From the human T2T-CHM13v2.0 reference genome, Homo sapiens: a DNA stretch of 64,000 bases. Positions within the stretch are counted from its first letter, which is position 1. Each line of letters starts with the position of its first letter. A program made the translations under genes and the position numbers. The stretch is from the NCBI RefSeq assembly GCF_009914755.1, contig NC_060935.1. One strand, written 5' to 3'. The notes below the pieces were generated by a model. It was given only the letters and a program-made list of their open reading frames with translations. It did not search any database and was not told the DNA's origin. This document shows positions 1 to 12,500 of the stretch, piece by piece.

Positions 1-15
1 AAAACCAAACGGAAG

Positions 16-183
16 CATTCACAGACAATTCTTAGTGATCATTGGATTGAACTAACAGAGCTGAACATTCCTTTAGATGGCGCAGTTTCCAAACACACTT
101 TCTGTAGAATCTGCCACTGGATATTTGGACCTCTCTGAGGATTTCGTTGGAAACGGGCTAAACTTCCCAGAACTACACGGAAG
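16..183 (+). repeat. Monomer 1 (168 bp, B-type, W1-like short monomer)
   Basis: CATTC anchor at 16, next anchor at 184; carries a CENP-B box at 142-158. The W-class label is inferred from the SF3 B-B-B-A-A order. Confidence 0.85.
142..158 (+). promoter_or_regulatory. CENP-B box 1 (monomer 1), recurring once per HOR
   Basis: TTTCGTTGGAAACGGGC matches all 9 core positions of NTTCGNNNNANNCGGGN. Confidence 0.95.
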
Positions 184-353
184 CATTCTGAGAAACTTCT
201 TTGTGATGTTTGCATTCAACTCACAGAGTTGAACCTTGCTTTCATAGTTCAGCTTTCAAACACTCTTTTTGTAGAATCTGCAAGTGGATATTTGGACCAC
301 TTTGTGGCCTTCCTTCGAAACGGGTATATCTTCACATCAAACCTAGACAGAAG
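184..353 (+). repeat. Monomer 2 (170 bp, B-type with degenerate box, W2-like)
   Basis: Anchors at 184 and 354; the box position reads CTTCCTTCGAAACGGGT. Confidence 0.85.
309..325 (+). promoter_or_regulatory. Degenerate CENP-B box (monomer 2), predicted non-binding, fixed across the array
   Basis: CTTCCTTCGAAACGGGT: the core TTCG is replaced by TTCC while A and CGGG are retained. Confidence 0.8.
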
Positions 354-524
354 CATTCTCAGAATGTTTTCTGTGATGACTGCATTCAACTCACAGAGGT
401 GAACAATCCTGTTGATGGAGCAGTTTTGAAACTCTCTTTCTTTGGATTCTGCAAGTGGATATGTGGACCTCTGTGAAGATTTCGTTGGAAACGGGTTCAT
501 CTTCACAGAAAAACTAAACAGGAG
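354..524 (+). repeat. Monomer 3 (171 bp, B-type, W3-like)
   Basis: Anchors at 354 and 525; CENP-B box at 480-496. Confidence 0.85.
480..496 (+). promoter_or_regulatory. CENP-B box 2 (monomer 3), recurring once per HOR
   Basis: TTTCGTTGGAAACGGGT matches the full core. Intact boxes alternate at 338/512-bp spacing. Confidence 0.95.
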
Positions 525-611
525 CATTCTCAGAAACTGCTTTGTGATGTTTGTGTTCCACTTCAAGAATTGAACTTTCCTCTTGACAGAGCAGCTCTGA
601 AACCCTCTTTT

Positions 612-617
612 TCTAGA
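612..617. other. XbaI site defining the 0.85-kb HOR restriction periodicity
   Basis: TCTAGA occurs once per unit (612, 1462, ... 41409, 43108); it is absent in U50. Confidence 0.9.
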
Positions 618-650
618 ATCTGCAAGTGGACATTTGGAGGGCTTTGAGGC

Positions 651-667
651 CTGTGGTGGAAAAGGAA
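651..667 (+). promoter_or_regulatory. pJ-alpha-type A-box (monomer 4)
   Basis: CTGTGGTGGAAAAGGAA at the position homologous to the CENP-B box; resembles the A-type consensus CTAYGGTGRAAAAGGAA. Confidence 0.7.
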
Positions 668-694
668 AATCTTCACATAAAAACTAGATGGAAG

Positions 695-865
695 CATTCT
701 CAGAAACTACTTTGTGATGATTGCATTCGACTCACAGAGTTGAACATTCCTACAGATAGAGCAGGTTGAAAACAATCTTTTTGTAGAATCTGCGATTGGA
801 GATTTGGACTGCTTTGAGGCCTACTGTAGTAAAGGAAATAACTTCATCTAAAAACCAAACGGAAG
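695..865 (+). repeat. Monomer 5 (171 bp, A-type, W5-like)
   Basis: Anchors at 695 and 866; divergent A-box CTACTGTAGTAAAGGAA at 821-837. Confidence 0.85.
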
Positions 866-3800
866 CATTCACAGACAATTCTTAGTGATCATTGGATTGA
901 ACTAACAGAGCTGAACATTCCTTTAGATGGCGCAGTTTCCAAACACACTTTCTGTAGAATCTGCCACTGGATATTTGGACCTCTCTGAGGATTTCGTTGG
1001 AAACAGGATAAACTTCCCAGAACTACACGGAAGCATTCTGAGAAACTTCTTTGTGATGTTTGCATTCAACTCACAGAGTTGAACCTTGCTTTCATAGTTC
1101 AGCTTTCAAACACTCTTTTTGTAGAATCTGCAAGTGGATATTTGGACCACTTTGTGGCCTTCCTTCGAAACGGGTATATCTTCACATCAAACCTAGACAG
1201 AAGCATTCTCAGAATGTTTTCTGTGATGACTGCATTCAACTCACAGAGGTGAACAATCCTGCTGATGGACCAGTTTTGAAACTCTCTTTCTTTGGATTCT
1301 GCAAGTGGATATGTGGACCTCTGTGAAGATTTCGTTGGAAACGGGTTCATCTTCACAGAAAAACTAAACAGGAGCATTCTCAGAAACTGCTTTGTGATGT
1401 TTGTGTTCCACTTCAAGTATTGAACTTTCCTCTTGACAGAGCAGCTCTGAAACCCTCTTTTTCTAGAATCTGCAAGTGGACATTTGGAGGGCTTTGAGGC
1501 CTGTGGTGGAAAAGGAAACTCTTCACATAAAAACTAGATGGAAGCATTCTCAGAAACTACTTTGTGATGATTGCATTCAACTCACAGAGTTGAACATTCG
1601 TATAGATGGAGCAGGTTGTAAACAATCTTTTTGTAGAATCTGCGATTGGAGATTTGGACTGCTTTGAGGCCTACTGTAGTAAAGGAAATAACTTCATCTA
1701 AAAACCAAACGGAAGCATTCACAGACAATTCTTAGTGATCATTGGATTGAACTAACAGAGCTGAACATTCCTTTAGATGGCGCAGTTTCCAAACACACTT
1801 TCTGTAGAATCTGCCACTGGATATTTGGACCTCTCTGAGGATTTCGTTGGAAACGGGCTAAACTTCCCAGAAATACACGGAAGCATTCTGAGAAAATTCT
1901 TTGTGATGTCTGCATTCAACTCACAGAGGTGAACCTTGCTTTCATAGTTCAGCTTTCAAACACTCTTTTTGTAGGATCTGCAAGTGGATATTTGGACCAC
2001 TTTGTGGCCTTCCTTCGAAACGGGTATATCTTCACATCAAACCTAGACAGAAGCATTCTCAGAATGTTTCCTGTGATGACTGCATTCAACTCACAGAGGT
2101 GAACAATCCTGCTGATGGACCAGTTTTGAAACTCTCTTTCTTTGGATTCTGCAAGTGGATATGTGGACCTCTGTGAAGATTTCGTTGGAAACGGGTTCAT
2201 CTTCACAGAAAAACTAAACAGGAGCATTCTCAGAAACTGCTTTGTGATGTTTGTGTTCCACTTCAGGAATTGAACTTTCCTCTTGACAGAGCAGCTCCGA
2301 AACCCTCTTTTTCTAGAATCTGCAAGTGGACATTTGGAGGGCTTTGAGGCCTGTGGTGGAAAAGGAAAATCTTCACATAAAAACTAGATGGAAGCATTCT
2401 CAGAAACTACTTTGTGATGATTGCATTTGTCTCACAGAGTTGAACATTCTTATAGATAGAGCAGGTTGTAAACAATCTTTTGGTAGAATCTGCGATTGGA
2501 GATTTGGACTGCTTTGAGGCCTACTGTAGTAAAGGAAATAACTTCATCTAAAAACCAAACGGAAGCATTCACAGACAATTCTTAGTGATCATTGGATTGA
2601 ACTAACAGAGCTGAACATTCCTTTAGATGGCGCAGTTTCCAAACACACTTTCTGTAGAATCTGCCACTGGATATTTGGACCTCTCTGAGGATTTCGTTGG
2701 AAACGGGCTAAATTTCCCAGAACTACACTGAAGCATTCTGAGAAACTTCTTTGTGATGTTTGCATTCAACTCACAGAGTTGAACCTTGCTTTCATAGTTC
2801 AGCTTTCAAACACTCTTTTTGTAGAATCTGCAAGTGGATATTTGGACCACTTTGTGGCCTTCCTTCGAAACGGGTATATCTTCACATCAAACCTAGACAG
2901 AAGCATTCTCAGAATGTTTCCTGTGATGACTGCATTCAACTCACAGAGGTGAACAATCCTGCTGATGGAGCAGTTTTGAAACTCTCTTTCTTTGGATTCT
3001 GCAAGTGGATATGTGGACCTCTGTGAAGATTTCGTTGGAAACGGGTTCATCTTCACAGAAAAAATAACCAGGAGTATTCTCAGAAACTGCTTTGTGATGT
3101 TTGTGTTCCACTTCAGGAATTGAACTTTCCTCTTGACAGAGCAGCTCTGAAACCCTCTTTTTCTAGAATCTGCAAGTGGACATTTGGAGGGCTTTGAGGC
3201 CTGTGGTGGAAAAGGAAAATCTTCACATAAAAACTAGATGGAAGCACTCTCAGAAACTACTTTGTGATGATTGCATTCGACTCACAGAGTTGAACATTCC
3301 TATAGATAGAGCAGGTTGTAAACAATCTTTTTGTAGAATCTGCGATTGGAGATTTGGACTGCTTTGAGGCCTACTGTAGTAAAGGAAATAACTTCATCTA
3401 AAAACCAAACGGAAGCATTCACAGACAATTCTTAGTGATCATTGGATTGAACTAACAGAGCTGAACATTCCTTTAGATGGCGCAGTTTCCAAACACACTT
3501 TCTGTAGAATCTGCCACTGGATGTTTGGACCTCTCTGAGGATTTCGTTGGAAACGGGCTAAACTTCCCAGAACTACACGGAAGCATTCTGAGAAACTTCT
3601 TTGTGATGTTTGCATTCAACTCACAGAGTTGAAACTTGCTTTCATAGTTCAGTTTCAAACACTCTTTTTGTAGAATCTGCAAGTGGATATTTGGACCACT
3701 TTGTGGCCTTCCTTCGAAACGGGTATATCTTCACATCAAACCTAGACAGAAGCATTCTCAGAATGTTTTCTGTGATGACTGCATTCAACTCACAGAGGTG

Positions 3801-6570
3801 AACAATCCTGTTGATGGAGCAGTTTTGAAACTCTCTTTCTTTGGATTCTGCAAGTGGATATGTGGACCTCTGTGAAGATTTCGTTGGAAACGGGTTCATC
3901 TTCACAGAAAAGCTAAACAGGAGCATTCTCAGAAACTGCTTTGTGATGTTTGTGTTCCACTTCAAGAATTGAACTCTCCTCTTGACAGAGCAGCTCTGAA
4001 ACCCTCTTTTTCTAGAATCTGCAAGTGGACATTTGGAGGGCTTTGAGGCCTGTGGTGGAAAAGGAAAATCTTCACATAAAAACTAGATGGAAGCATTCTC
4101 AGAAACTACTTTGTGATGATTGCATTCGACTCACAGAGTTGAACATTCCTATAGATAGAGCAGGTTGAAAACAATCTTTTTGTAGAATCTGCGATTGGAG
4201 ATTTGGACTGCTTTGAGGCCTACTGTAGTAAAGGAAATAACTTCATCTAAAAACCAAACGGAAGCATTCACAGACAATTCTTAGTGATCATTGGATTGAA
4301 CTAACAGAGCTGAACATTCCTTTAGATGGCGCAGTTTCCAAACACACTTTCTGTAGAATCTGCAAGTGGATATTTGGACCTCTCTGAGGATTTCGTTGGA
4401 AACGGGATAAACTTCCCAGAACTACACGGAAGTATTCTGAGAAACTTCTTTGTGATGTTTGCATTCAACTCACAGAGTTGAACCTTGCTTTCATAGTTCA
4501 GCTTTCAAACACTCTTTTTGTAGAATCTGCAAGTGGATATTTGGACCACTTTGTGGCCTTCCTTCCAAACGGGTATATCTTCACATCAAACCTAGACAGA
4601 AGCATTCTCAGAATGTTTCCTGTGATGACTGCATTCAACTCACAGAGGTAAACAATCCTGCTGATGGAGCAGTTTTGAAACTCTCTTTCTTTGGATTCTG
4701 CAAGTGGATATGTGGACCTCTGTGAAGATTTCGTTGGAAACGGGTTCATCTTCACAGAAAAAATAACCAGGAGCATTCTCAGAAACTGCTTTGTGATGTT
4801 TGTGTTCCACTTCAGGAATTGAACTTTCCTCTTGACAGAGCAGCTCTGAAACCCTCTTTTTCTAGAATCTGCAAGTGGACATTTGGAGGGCTTTGAGGCC
4901 TGTGGTGGAAAAGGAAACTCTTCACATAAAAACTAGATGGAAGCATTCTCAGAAACTACTTTGTGATGATTGCATTCGACTCACAGAGTTGAACATTCCT
5001 ATAGATAGAGCACGTTGTAAACAATCTTTTTGTAGAATCTGTGATTGGAGATTTGGACTGCTTTGAGGCCTACTGTAGTAAAGGAAATAACTTCATCTAA
5101 AAACCAAACGGAAGCATTCACAGACAATTCTTAGTGATCATTGGATTGAACTAACAGAGCTGAACATTCCTTTAGATGGAGCAGATTCCAAACACACTTT
5201 CTGTAGAATCTGCAACTGGATATTTGGACCTCTCTGAGGATTTCGTTGGAAACGGGATAAACTTCCCAGAACTACACGGAAGCATTCTGAGAAACTTCTT
5301 TGTGATGTTTGCATTCAACTCACAGAGTTGAACCTTGCTTTCATAGTTCAGCTTTCAAACACTCTTTTTGTAGATTCTGCAAGTGGATATTTGGACCACT
5401 TTGTGGCCTTCCTTCGAAACGGGTATATCTTCACATCAAACCTAGACAGAAGCATTCTCAGAATGTTTTCTGTGATGACTGCATTCAACTCACAGAGGTG
5501 AACAATCCTGTTGATGGAGCAGTTTTGAAACTCTCTTTCTTTGGATTCTGCAAGTGGATATGTGGACCTCTGTGAAGATTTCGTTGGAAACGGGTTCATC
5601 TTCACAGAAAAACTAAACAGGAGCATTCTCAGAAACTGCTTTGTGATGTTTGTGTTCCACTTCAAGAATTGAACTTTCCTCTTGACAGAGCAGCTCTGAA
5701 ACCCTCTTTTTCTAGAATCTGCAAGTGGACATTTGGAGGGCTTTGAGGCCTGTGGTGGAAAAGGAAAATCTTCACATAAAAACTAGATGGAAGCATTCTC
5801 AGAAACTACTTTGTGATGATTGCATTCGACTCACAGAGTTGAACATTCCTATAGATAGAGCAGGTTGAAAACAATCTTTTTGTAGAATCTGCGATTGGAG
5901 ATTTGGACTGCTTTGAGGCCTACTGTAGTAAAGGAAATAACTTCATCTAAAAACCAAACGGAAGCATTCACAGACAATTCTTAGTGATCATTGGATTGAA
6001 CTAACAGAGCTGAACATTCCTTTAGATGGAGCAGATTCCAAACAAACTTTCTGTAGAATCTGCAACTGGATATTTGGACCTCTCTGAGGATTTCGTTGGA
6101 AACGGGATAAACTTCCCAGAACTACACGGAAGCATTCTGAGAAACTTCTTTGTGATGTTTGCATTCAACTCACAGAGTTGAACCTTGCTTTCATAGTTCA
6201 GCTTTCAAACACTCTTTTTGTAGAATCTGCAAGTGGATATTTGGACCACTTTTTGGCCTTCCTTCGAAACGGGTATATCTTCGCATCAAACCTAGACAGA
6301 AGCATTCTCAGAATGTTTCCTGCGATGACTGCATTCAACTCACAGAGGTGAACAATCCTGCTGATGGAGCAGTTTTGAAACTCTCTTTCTTTGGATTCTG
6401 CAAGTGGATATGTGGACCTCTGTGAAGATTTCGTTGGAAACGGGTTCATCATCACAGAAAAACTAAACAGGAGCATTCTCAGAAACTGCTTTGTGATGTT
6501 TGTGTTCCACTTCAAGAATTGAACTTTCCTCTTGACAGAGCAGCTCTGAAACCCTCTTTTTCTAGAATCT

Positions 6571-9500
6571 GCATGTGGACATTTGGAGGGCTTTGAGGCC
6601 TGTGGTGGAAAAGGAAAATATTCACATAAAAACTAGATGGAAGCATTCTCAGAAACTACTTTGTGATGATTGCATTCGACTCACAGAGTTGTACATTCCT
6701 ATAGATAGAGCAGGTTGTCAACAATCTTTTTGTAGAATCTGCGATTGGAGATTTGGACTGCTTTGAGGCCTACTGTAGTAAAGGAAATAACTTCATCTAA
6801 AAACCAAACGGAAGCATTCACAGACAATTCTTAGTGATCATTGGATTGAAATAACTGAGCTGAACATTCCTTTAGATGGCGCAGTTTCCAAACACACTTT
6901 CTGTAGAATCTGCAAGTGGATATTTGGACCTCTCTGAGGATTTCGTTGGAAAAGGGATAAACTTCCCAGAACTACACGGAAGTATTCTGAGAAACTTCTT
7001 TGTGATGTTTGCATTTAACTCACAGAGTTGAACCTTGCTTTCATAGTTCAGCTTTCAAACACTCTTTTTGTAGGATCTGCAAGTGGATATTTGGACCACT
7101 TTGTGGCCTTCCTTCGAAACGGGTATATCTTCACATCAAACCTAGACAGAAGCATTCTCAGAATGTTTCTTGTGATGACTGCATTCAACTCACAGAGGTG
7201 AACAATCCTGCCGATGGACCAGTTTTGAAACTCTCTTTCTTTGGATTCTGCAAGTGGATATGTGGACCTCTGTGAACATTTCGTTGGAAACGGGTTCATC
7301 TTCACAGAAAAACTAAACAGGAGCATTCTCAGAAACTGCTTTGTGATGTTTGTGTTCCACTTCAGGAATTGAACTTTCCTCTTGACAGAGCAGCTCTGAA
7401 ACCCTCTTTTTCTAGAATCTGCAAGTGGACATTTGGAGGGCTTTGAGGCCTGTGGTGGAAAAGGAAAATCTTCACATAAAAACTAGATGGAAGCATTCTC
7501 AGAAACTACTTTGTGATGGTTGCATTCGACTCACAGAGTTGAACATTCCTATAGATAGAGCAGGTTGTAAACAATCTTTTTGTAGAATCTGCGATTGGAG
7601 ATTTGGACTGCTTTGAGGCCTACTGTAGTAAAGGAAATAACTTCATCTAAAAACCAAACGGAAGCATTCACAGACAATTCTTAGTGATCATTGGATTGAA
7701 CTAACAGAGCTGAACATTCCCTTAGATGGAGCAGTTTCCAAACACACTTTCTGTAGAATCTGGAAGTGGATATTTGGACCTCTCTGAGGATTTCGTTGGA
7801 AACGGGCTAATCTTCCCAGAACTACACGGAAGCATTCTGAGAAACTTCTTTGTGATGTTTGCATTCAACTCACAGAGTTGAACCTTGCTTTCATAGTTCA
7901 GCTTTCAAACACTCTTTTTGTAGAATCTGCAAGTGGATATTTGGACCACTTTGTGGCCTTCCTTCGAAACGGGTATATCTTCACATCAAACCTAGACAGA
8001 AGCATTCTCAGAATGTTTCCTGTGATGACTGCATTCAACTCACAGAGGTGAACAATCCTGCTGATGGAGCAGTTTTGAAACTCTCTTTCTTTGGATTCTG
8101 CAAGTGGATATGTGGACCTCTGTGAAGATTTCGTTGGAAACAGGTTCATCTTCACAGAAAAACTAAACAGGAGCATTCTCAGAAACTGCTTTGTGATGTT
8201 TGTGTTCCACTTCAGGAATTGAACTTTCCTCTTGACAGAGCTGCTCTGAAACCCTCTTTTTCTAGAATCTGCATGTGGACATTTGGAGGGCTTTGAGGCC
8301 TGTGGTGGAAAAGGAAAATCTTCACATAAAAACTAGATGGAAGCATTCTCAGAAACTACTTTGTGATGATTGCATTCGACTCACAGAGTTGTACATTCCT
8401 ATAGATAGAGCAGGTTGTAAACAATCTTTTTGTAGAATCTGCGATTGGAGATTTGGACTGCTTTGAGGCCTACTGTAGTAAAGGAAATAACTTCATCTAA
8501 AAACCAAACGGAAGCATTCACAGACAATTCTTAGTGATCATTGGTTTGAAATAACTGAGCTGAACATTCCTTTAGATGGCGCAGTTTCCAAACACACTTT
8601 CTGTAGAATCTGCAAGTGGATATTTGGACCTCTCTGAGGATTTCGTTGGAAACGGGATAAACTTCCCAGAACTACACGGAAGCATTCTGAGAAACTTCTT
8701 TGTGATGTTTGCATTCAACTCACAGAGTTGAACCTTGCTTTCATAGTTCAGCTTTGAAACACTCTTTTTGTAGAATCTGCAAGTGGATATTAGGACCACT
8801 TTGTGGCCTTCCTTCGAAACGGGTATATCTTCACATCAAACCTAGACAGAAGCATTCTCAGAATGTTTCCTGTGATGACTGCATTCAACTCACAGATGTG
8901 AACAATCCTGCTGATGGAGCAGTTTTGAAACTCTCTTTCTTTGGATTCTGCAAGTGGATATGTGGACCTCTGTGAAGATTTCGTTGGAAACGGGTTCATC
9001 TTCACAGAAAAACTAAACAGGAGCATTCTCAGAAACTGCTTTGTGATGTTTGTGTTCCACTTCAGGAATTGAACTTTCCTCTTGAGAGAGCAGCTCTGAA
9101 TCCCTCTTTTTCTAGAATCTGCAAGTGGACATTTGGAGGGCTTTGAGGCCTGTGGTGGAAAAGGAAACTCTTCACATAAAAACTAGATGGAAGCATTCTC
9201 AGAAACTACTTTGTGATGATTGCATTCGACTCACAGAGTTGAACATTCCTATAGATAGAGCAGGTTGTAAACAATCTTTTTGTAGAATCTGCGATTGGAG
9301 ATTTGGACTGCTTTGAGGCCTACTGTAGTAAAGGAAATAACTTCATCTAAAAATCAAACGGAAGCATTCACAGACAATTCTTAGTGATCATTGGATTGAA
9401 CTAACAGAGCTGAACATTCCTTTAGATGGCGCAGTTTCCAAACACACTTTCTGTAGAATCTGCAAGTGGATATTTGGACCTCTCTGAGGATTTCGTTGGA

Positions 9501-12500
9501 AACGGTCTAAACTTCCCAGAACTACACGGAAGTATTCTGAGAAACTTCTTTGTGATGTTTGCATTCAACTCACAGAGTTGAACCTTGCTTTCATATTTCA
9601 GCTTTCAAACACTCTTTTTGTAGAATCTGCAAGTGGATATTTGGATCACTTTGTGGCCTTCCTTCGAAACGGGTATATCTTCACATCAAACCTAGACAGA
9701 AGCATTCTCAGAATGTTTCCTGTGATGACTGCATTCAACTCACAGAGGTGAACAATCCTGCTGATGGACCAGTTTTGAAACTCTCTTTCTTTGGATTCTG
9801 CAAGTGGATATGTGGACCTCTGTGAAGATTTCGTTGGAAACGGGTTCATCTTCACAGAAAAACTAAACAGGAGCATTCTCAGAAACTGCTTTGTGATGTT
9901 TGTGTTCCACTTCAGGAATTGAACTTTCCTCTTGACAGAGCAGCTCTGAAACCCTCTTTTTCTAGAATCTGCAAGTGGAGATTTGGAGGGCTTTGAGGCC
10001 TGTGGTGGAATAGGAAAATCTTCACATAAAAACTAGATGGAAGCATTCTCAGAAACTACTTTGTGATGGTTGCATTCGACTCACAGAGTTGAACATTCCT
10101 ATAGATAGAGCAGGTTGTAAACAATCTTTTTGTAGAATCTGCGATTGGAGATTTGGACTGCTTTGAGGCCTTCTGTAGTAAAGGAAATAACTTCATCTAA
10201 AAACCAAACGGAAGCATTCACAGACAATTCTTAGTGATCATTGGATTGAACTAACAGAGCTGAACATTCCTTTAGATGGCGCAGTTTCCAAACACACTTT
10301 CTGTAGAATATGCAAGTGGATATTTGGACCTCTCTGAGGATTTCGTTGGAAACGGGCTAAACTTCCCAGAACTACACGGAAGCATTCTGAGAAACTTCTT
10401 TGTGATGTTTGCATTCAACTCACAGAGTTGAACCTTGCTTTCATAGTTCAGCTTTCAAACACTCTTTTTGTAGAATCTGCAAGTGGATATTTGGACCACT
10501 TTGTGGCCTTCCTTCGAAACGGGTATATCTTCACATCAAACCTAGACCGAAGCATTCTCAGAATGTTTCCTCTGATGACTGCATTCAACTCACAGAGGTG
10601 AACAATCCTGCTGATGGAGCAGTTTTGAAACTCTCTTTCTTTGGATTCTGCAAGTGGATATGTGGACCTCTGTGAAGATTTCGTTGGAAACGGGTTCATC
10701 TTCACAGAAAAACTAAACAGGAGCATTCTCAGAAACTGCTTTGTGATGTTTGTGTTCCACTTCAGGAATTGAACTTTCCTCTTGACAGAGCAGCTCTGAA
10801 ACCCTCTTTTTCTAGAATCTGCATGTGGACATTTGGAGGGCTTTGAGGCCTGTGGTGGAAAAGGAAAATATTCACATAAAAACTAGATGGAAGCATTCTC
10901 AGAAACTACTTTGTGATGATTGCATTCGACTCACAGAGTTGTACATTCCTATAGATAGAGCAGGTTGTCAACAATCTTTTTGTAGAATCTGCGATTGGAG
11001 ATTTGGACTGCTTTGAGGCCTACTGTAGTAAAGGAAATAACTTCATCTAAAAACCAAACGGAAGCATTCACAGACAATTCTTAGTGATCATTGGATTGAA
11101 ATAACTGAGCTGAACATTCCTTTAGATGGCGCAGTTTCCAAACACACTTTCTGTAGAATCTGCAAGTGGATATTTGGACCTCTCTGAGGATTTCGTTGGA
11201 AAAGGGATAAACTTCCCAGAACTACACGGAAGTATTCTGAGAAACTTCTTTGTGATGTTTGCATTCAACTCACAGAGTTGAACCTTGCTTTCATAGTTCA
11301 GCTTTCAAACACTCTTTTTGTAGGATCTGCAAGTGGATATTTGGACCACTTTGTGGCCTTCCTTCGAAACGGGTATATCTAAACATCAAACCTAGACAGA
11401 AGCATTCTCAGAATGTTTCCTGTGATGACTGCATTCAACTCACAGAGGTGAACAATCCTGCCGATGGACCAGTTTTGAAACTCTCTTTCTTTGGATTCTG
11501 CAAGTGGATATGTGGACCTCTGTGAACATTTCGTTGGAAACGGGTTCATCTTCACAGAAAAACTAAACAGGAGCATTCTCAGAAACTGCTTTGTGATGTT
11601 TGTGTTCCACTTCAGGAATTGAACTTTCCTCTTGACAGAGCAGCTCTGAAACCCTCTTTTTCTAGAATCTGCAAGTGGACATTTGGAGGGCTTTGAGGCC
11701 TGTGGTGGAAAAGGAAAATCTTCACATAAAAACTAGATGGAAGCATTCTCAGAAACTACTTTGTGATGGTTGCATTCGACTCACAGAGTTGAACATTCCT
11801 ATAGATAGAGCAGGTTGTAAACAATCTTTTTGTAGAATCTGCGATTGGAGATTTGGACTGCTTTGAGGCCTACTGTAGTAAAGGAAATAACTTCATCTAA
11901 AAACCAAACGGAAGCATTCACAGACAATTCTTAGTGATCATTGGATTGAACTAACAGAGCTGAACATTCCCTTAGATGGAGCAGTTACCAAACACACTTT
12001 CTGTAGAATCTGGAAGTGGATATTTGGACCTCTCTGAGGATTTCGTTGGAAACGGGCTAATCTTCCCAGAACTACACGGAAGCATTCTGAGAAACTTCTT
12101 TGTGATGTTTGCATTCAACTCACAGAGTTGAACCTTGCTTTCATAGTTCAGCTTTCAAACACTCTTTTTGTAGAATCTGCAAGTGGATATTAGGACCACT
12201 TTGTGGCCTTCCTTCGAAACGGGTATATCTTCACATCAAACCTAGACAGAAGCATTCTCAGAATGTTTCCTGTGATGACTGCATTCAACTCACAGAGGTG
12301 AACAATCCTGCTGATGGAGCAGTTTTGAAACTCTCTTTCTTTGGATTCTGCAAGTGGATATGTGGACCTCTGTGAAGATTTCGTTGGAAACGGGTTCATC
12401 TTCACAGAAAAACTAAACAGGAGCATTCTCAGAAACTGCTTTGTGATGTTTGTGTTCCACTTCAGGAATTGAACTTTCCTCTTGACAGAGCTGCTCTGAA

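Larger units (their letters stand above)
525..694 (+). repeat. Monomer 4 (170 bp, A-type, W4-like), contains the XbaI site
   Basis: Anchors at 525 and 695; A-box CTGTGGTGGAAAAGGAA at 651-667; TCTAGA at 612-617. Confidence 0.85.
1..850 (+). repeat. Representative HOR unit U1 (window-defined phase); 75 complete copies (1-63745) plus a partial copy (63746-64000)
   Basis: The sequence at 1 (aaaaccaaacggaagcattcacagac) recurs at 851, 1701 and so on. The last marker at 63955 equals 210 + 75x850 - 5, consistent with five 1-bp deletions. Confidence 0.97.

Noticed and set aside
314-319. TTCGAA palindrome in the degenerate box of monomer 2 as a hairpin or shifted CENP-B box
   Set aside because: It is only 6 bp, and the TTCG-to-CGGG spacing is 3 nt instead of the required 7, so it cannot form a valid box.
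1-850. Assignment to other SF3 arrays (DXZ1 12-mer, D17Z1 16-mer, chromosome 1 11-mer)
   Set aside because: Those have HORs of about 2.0, 2.7 and 1.9 kb; here near-identity recurs at 850 bp, which fits the chromosome 11 pentamer.
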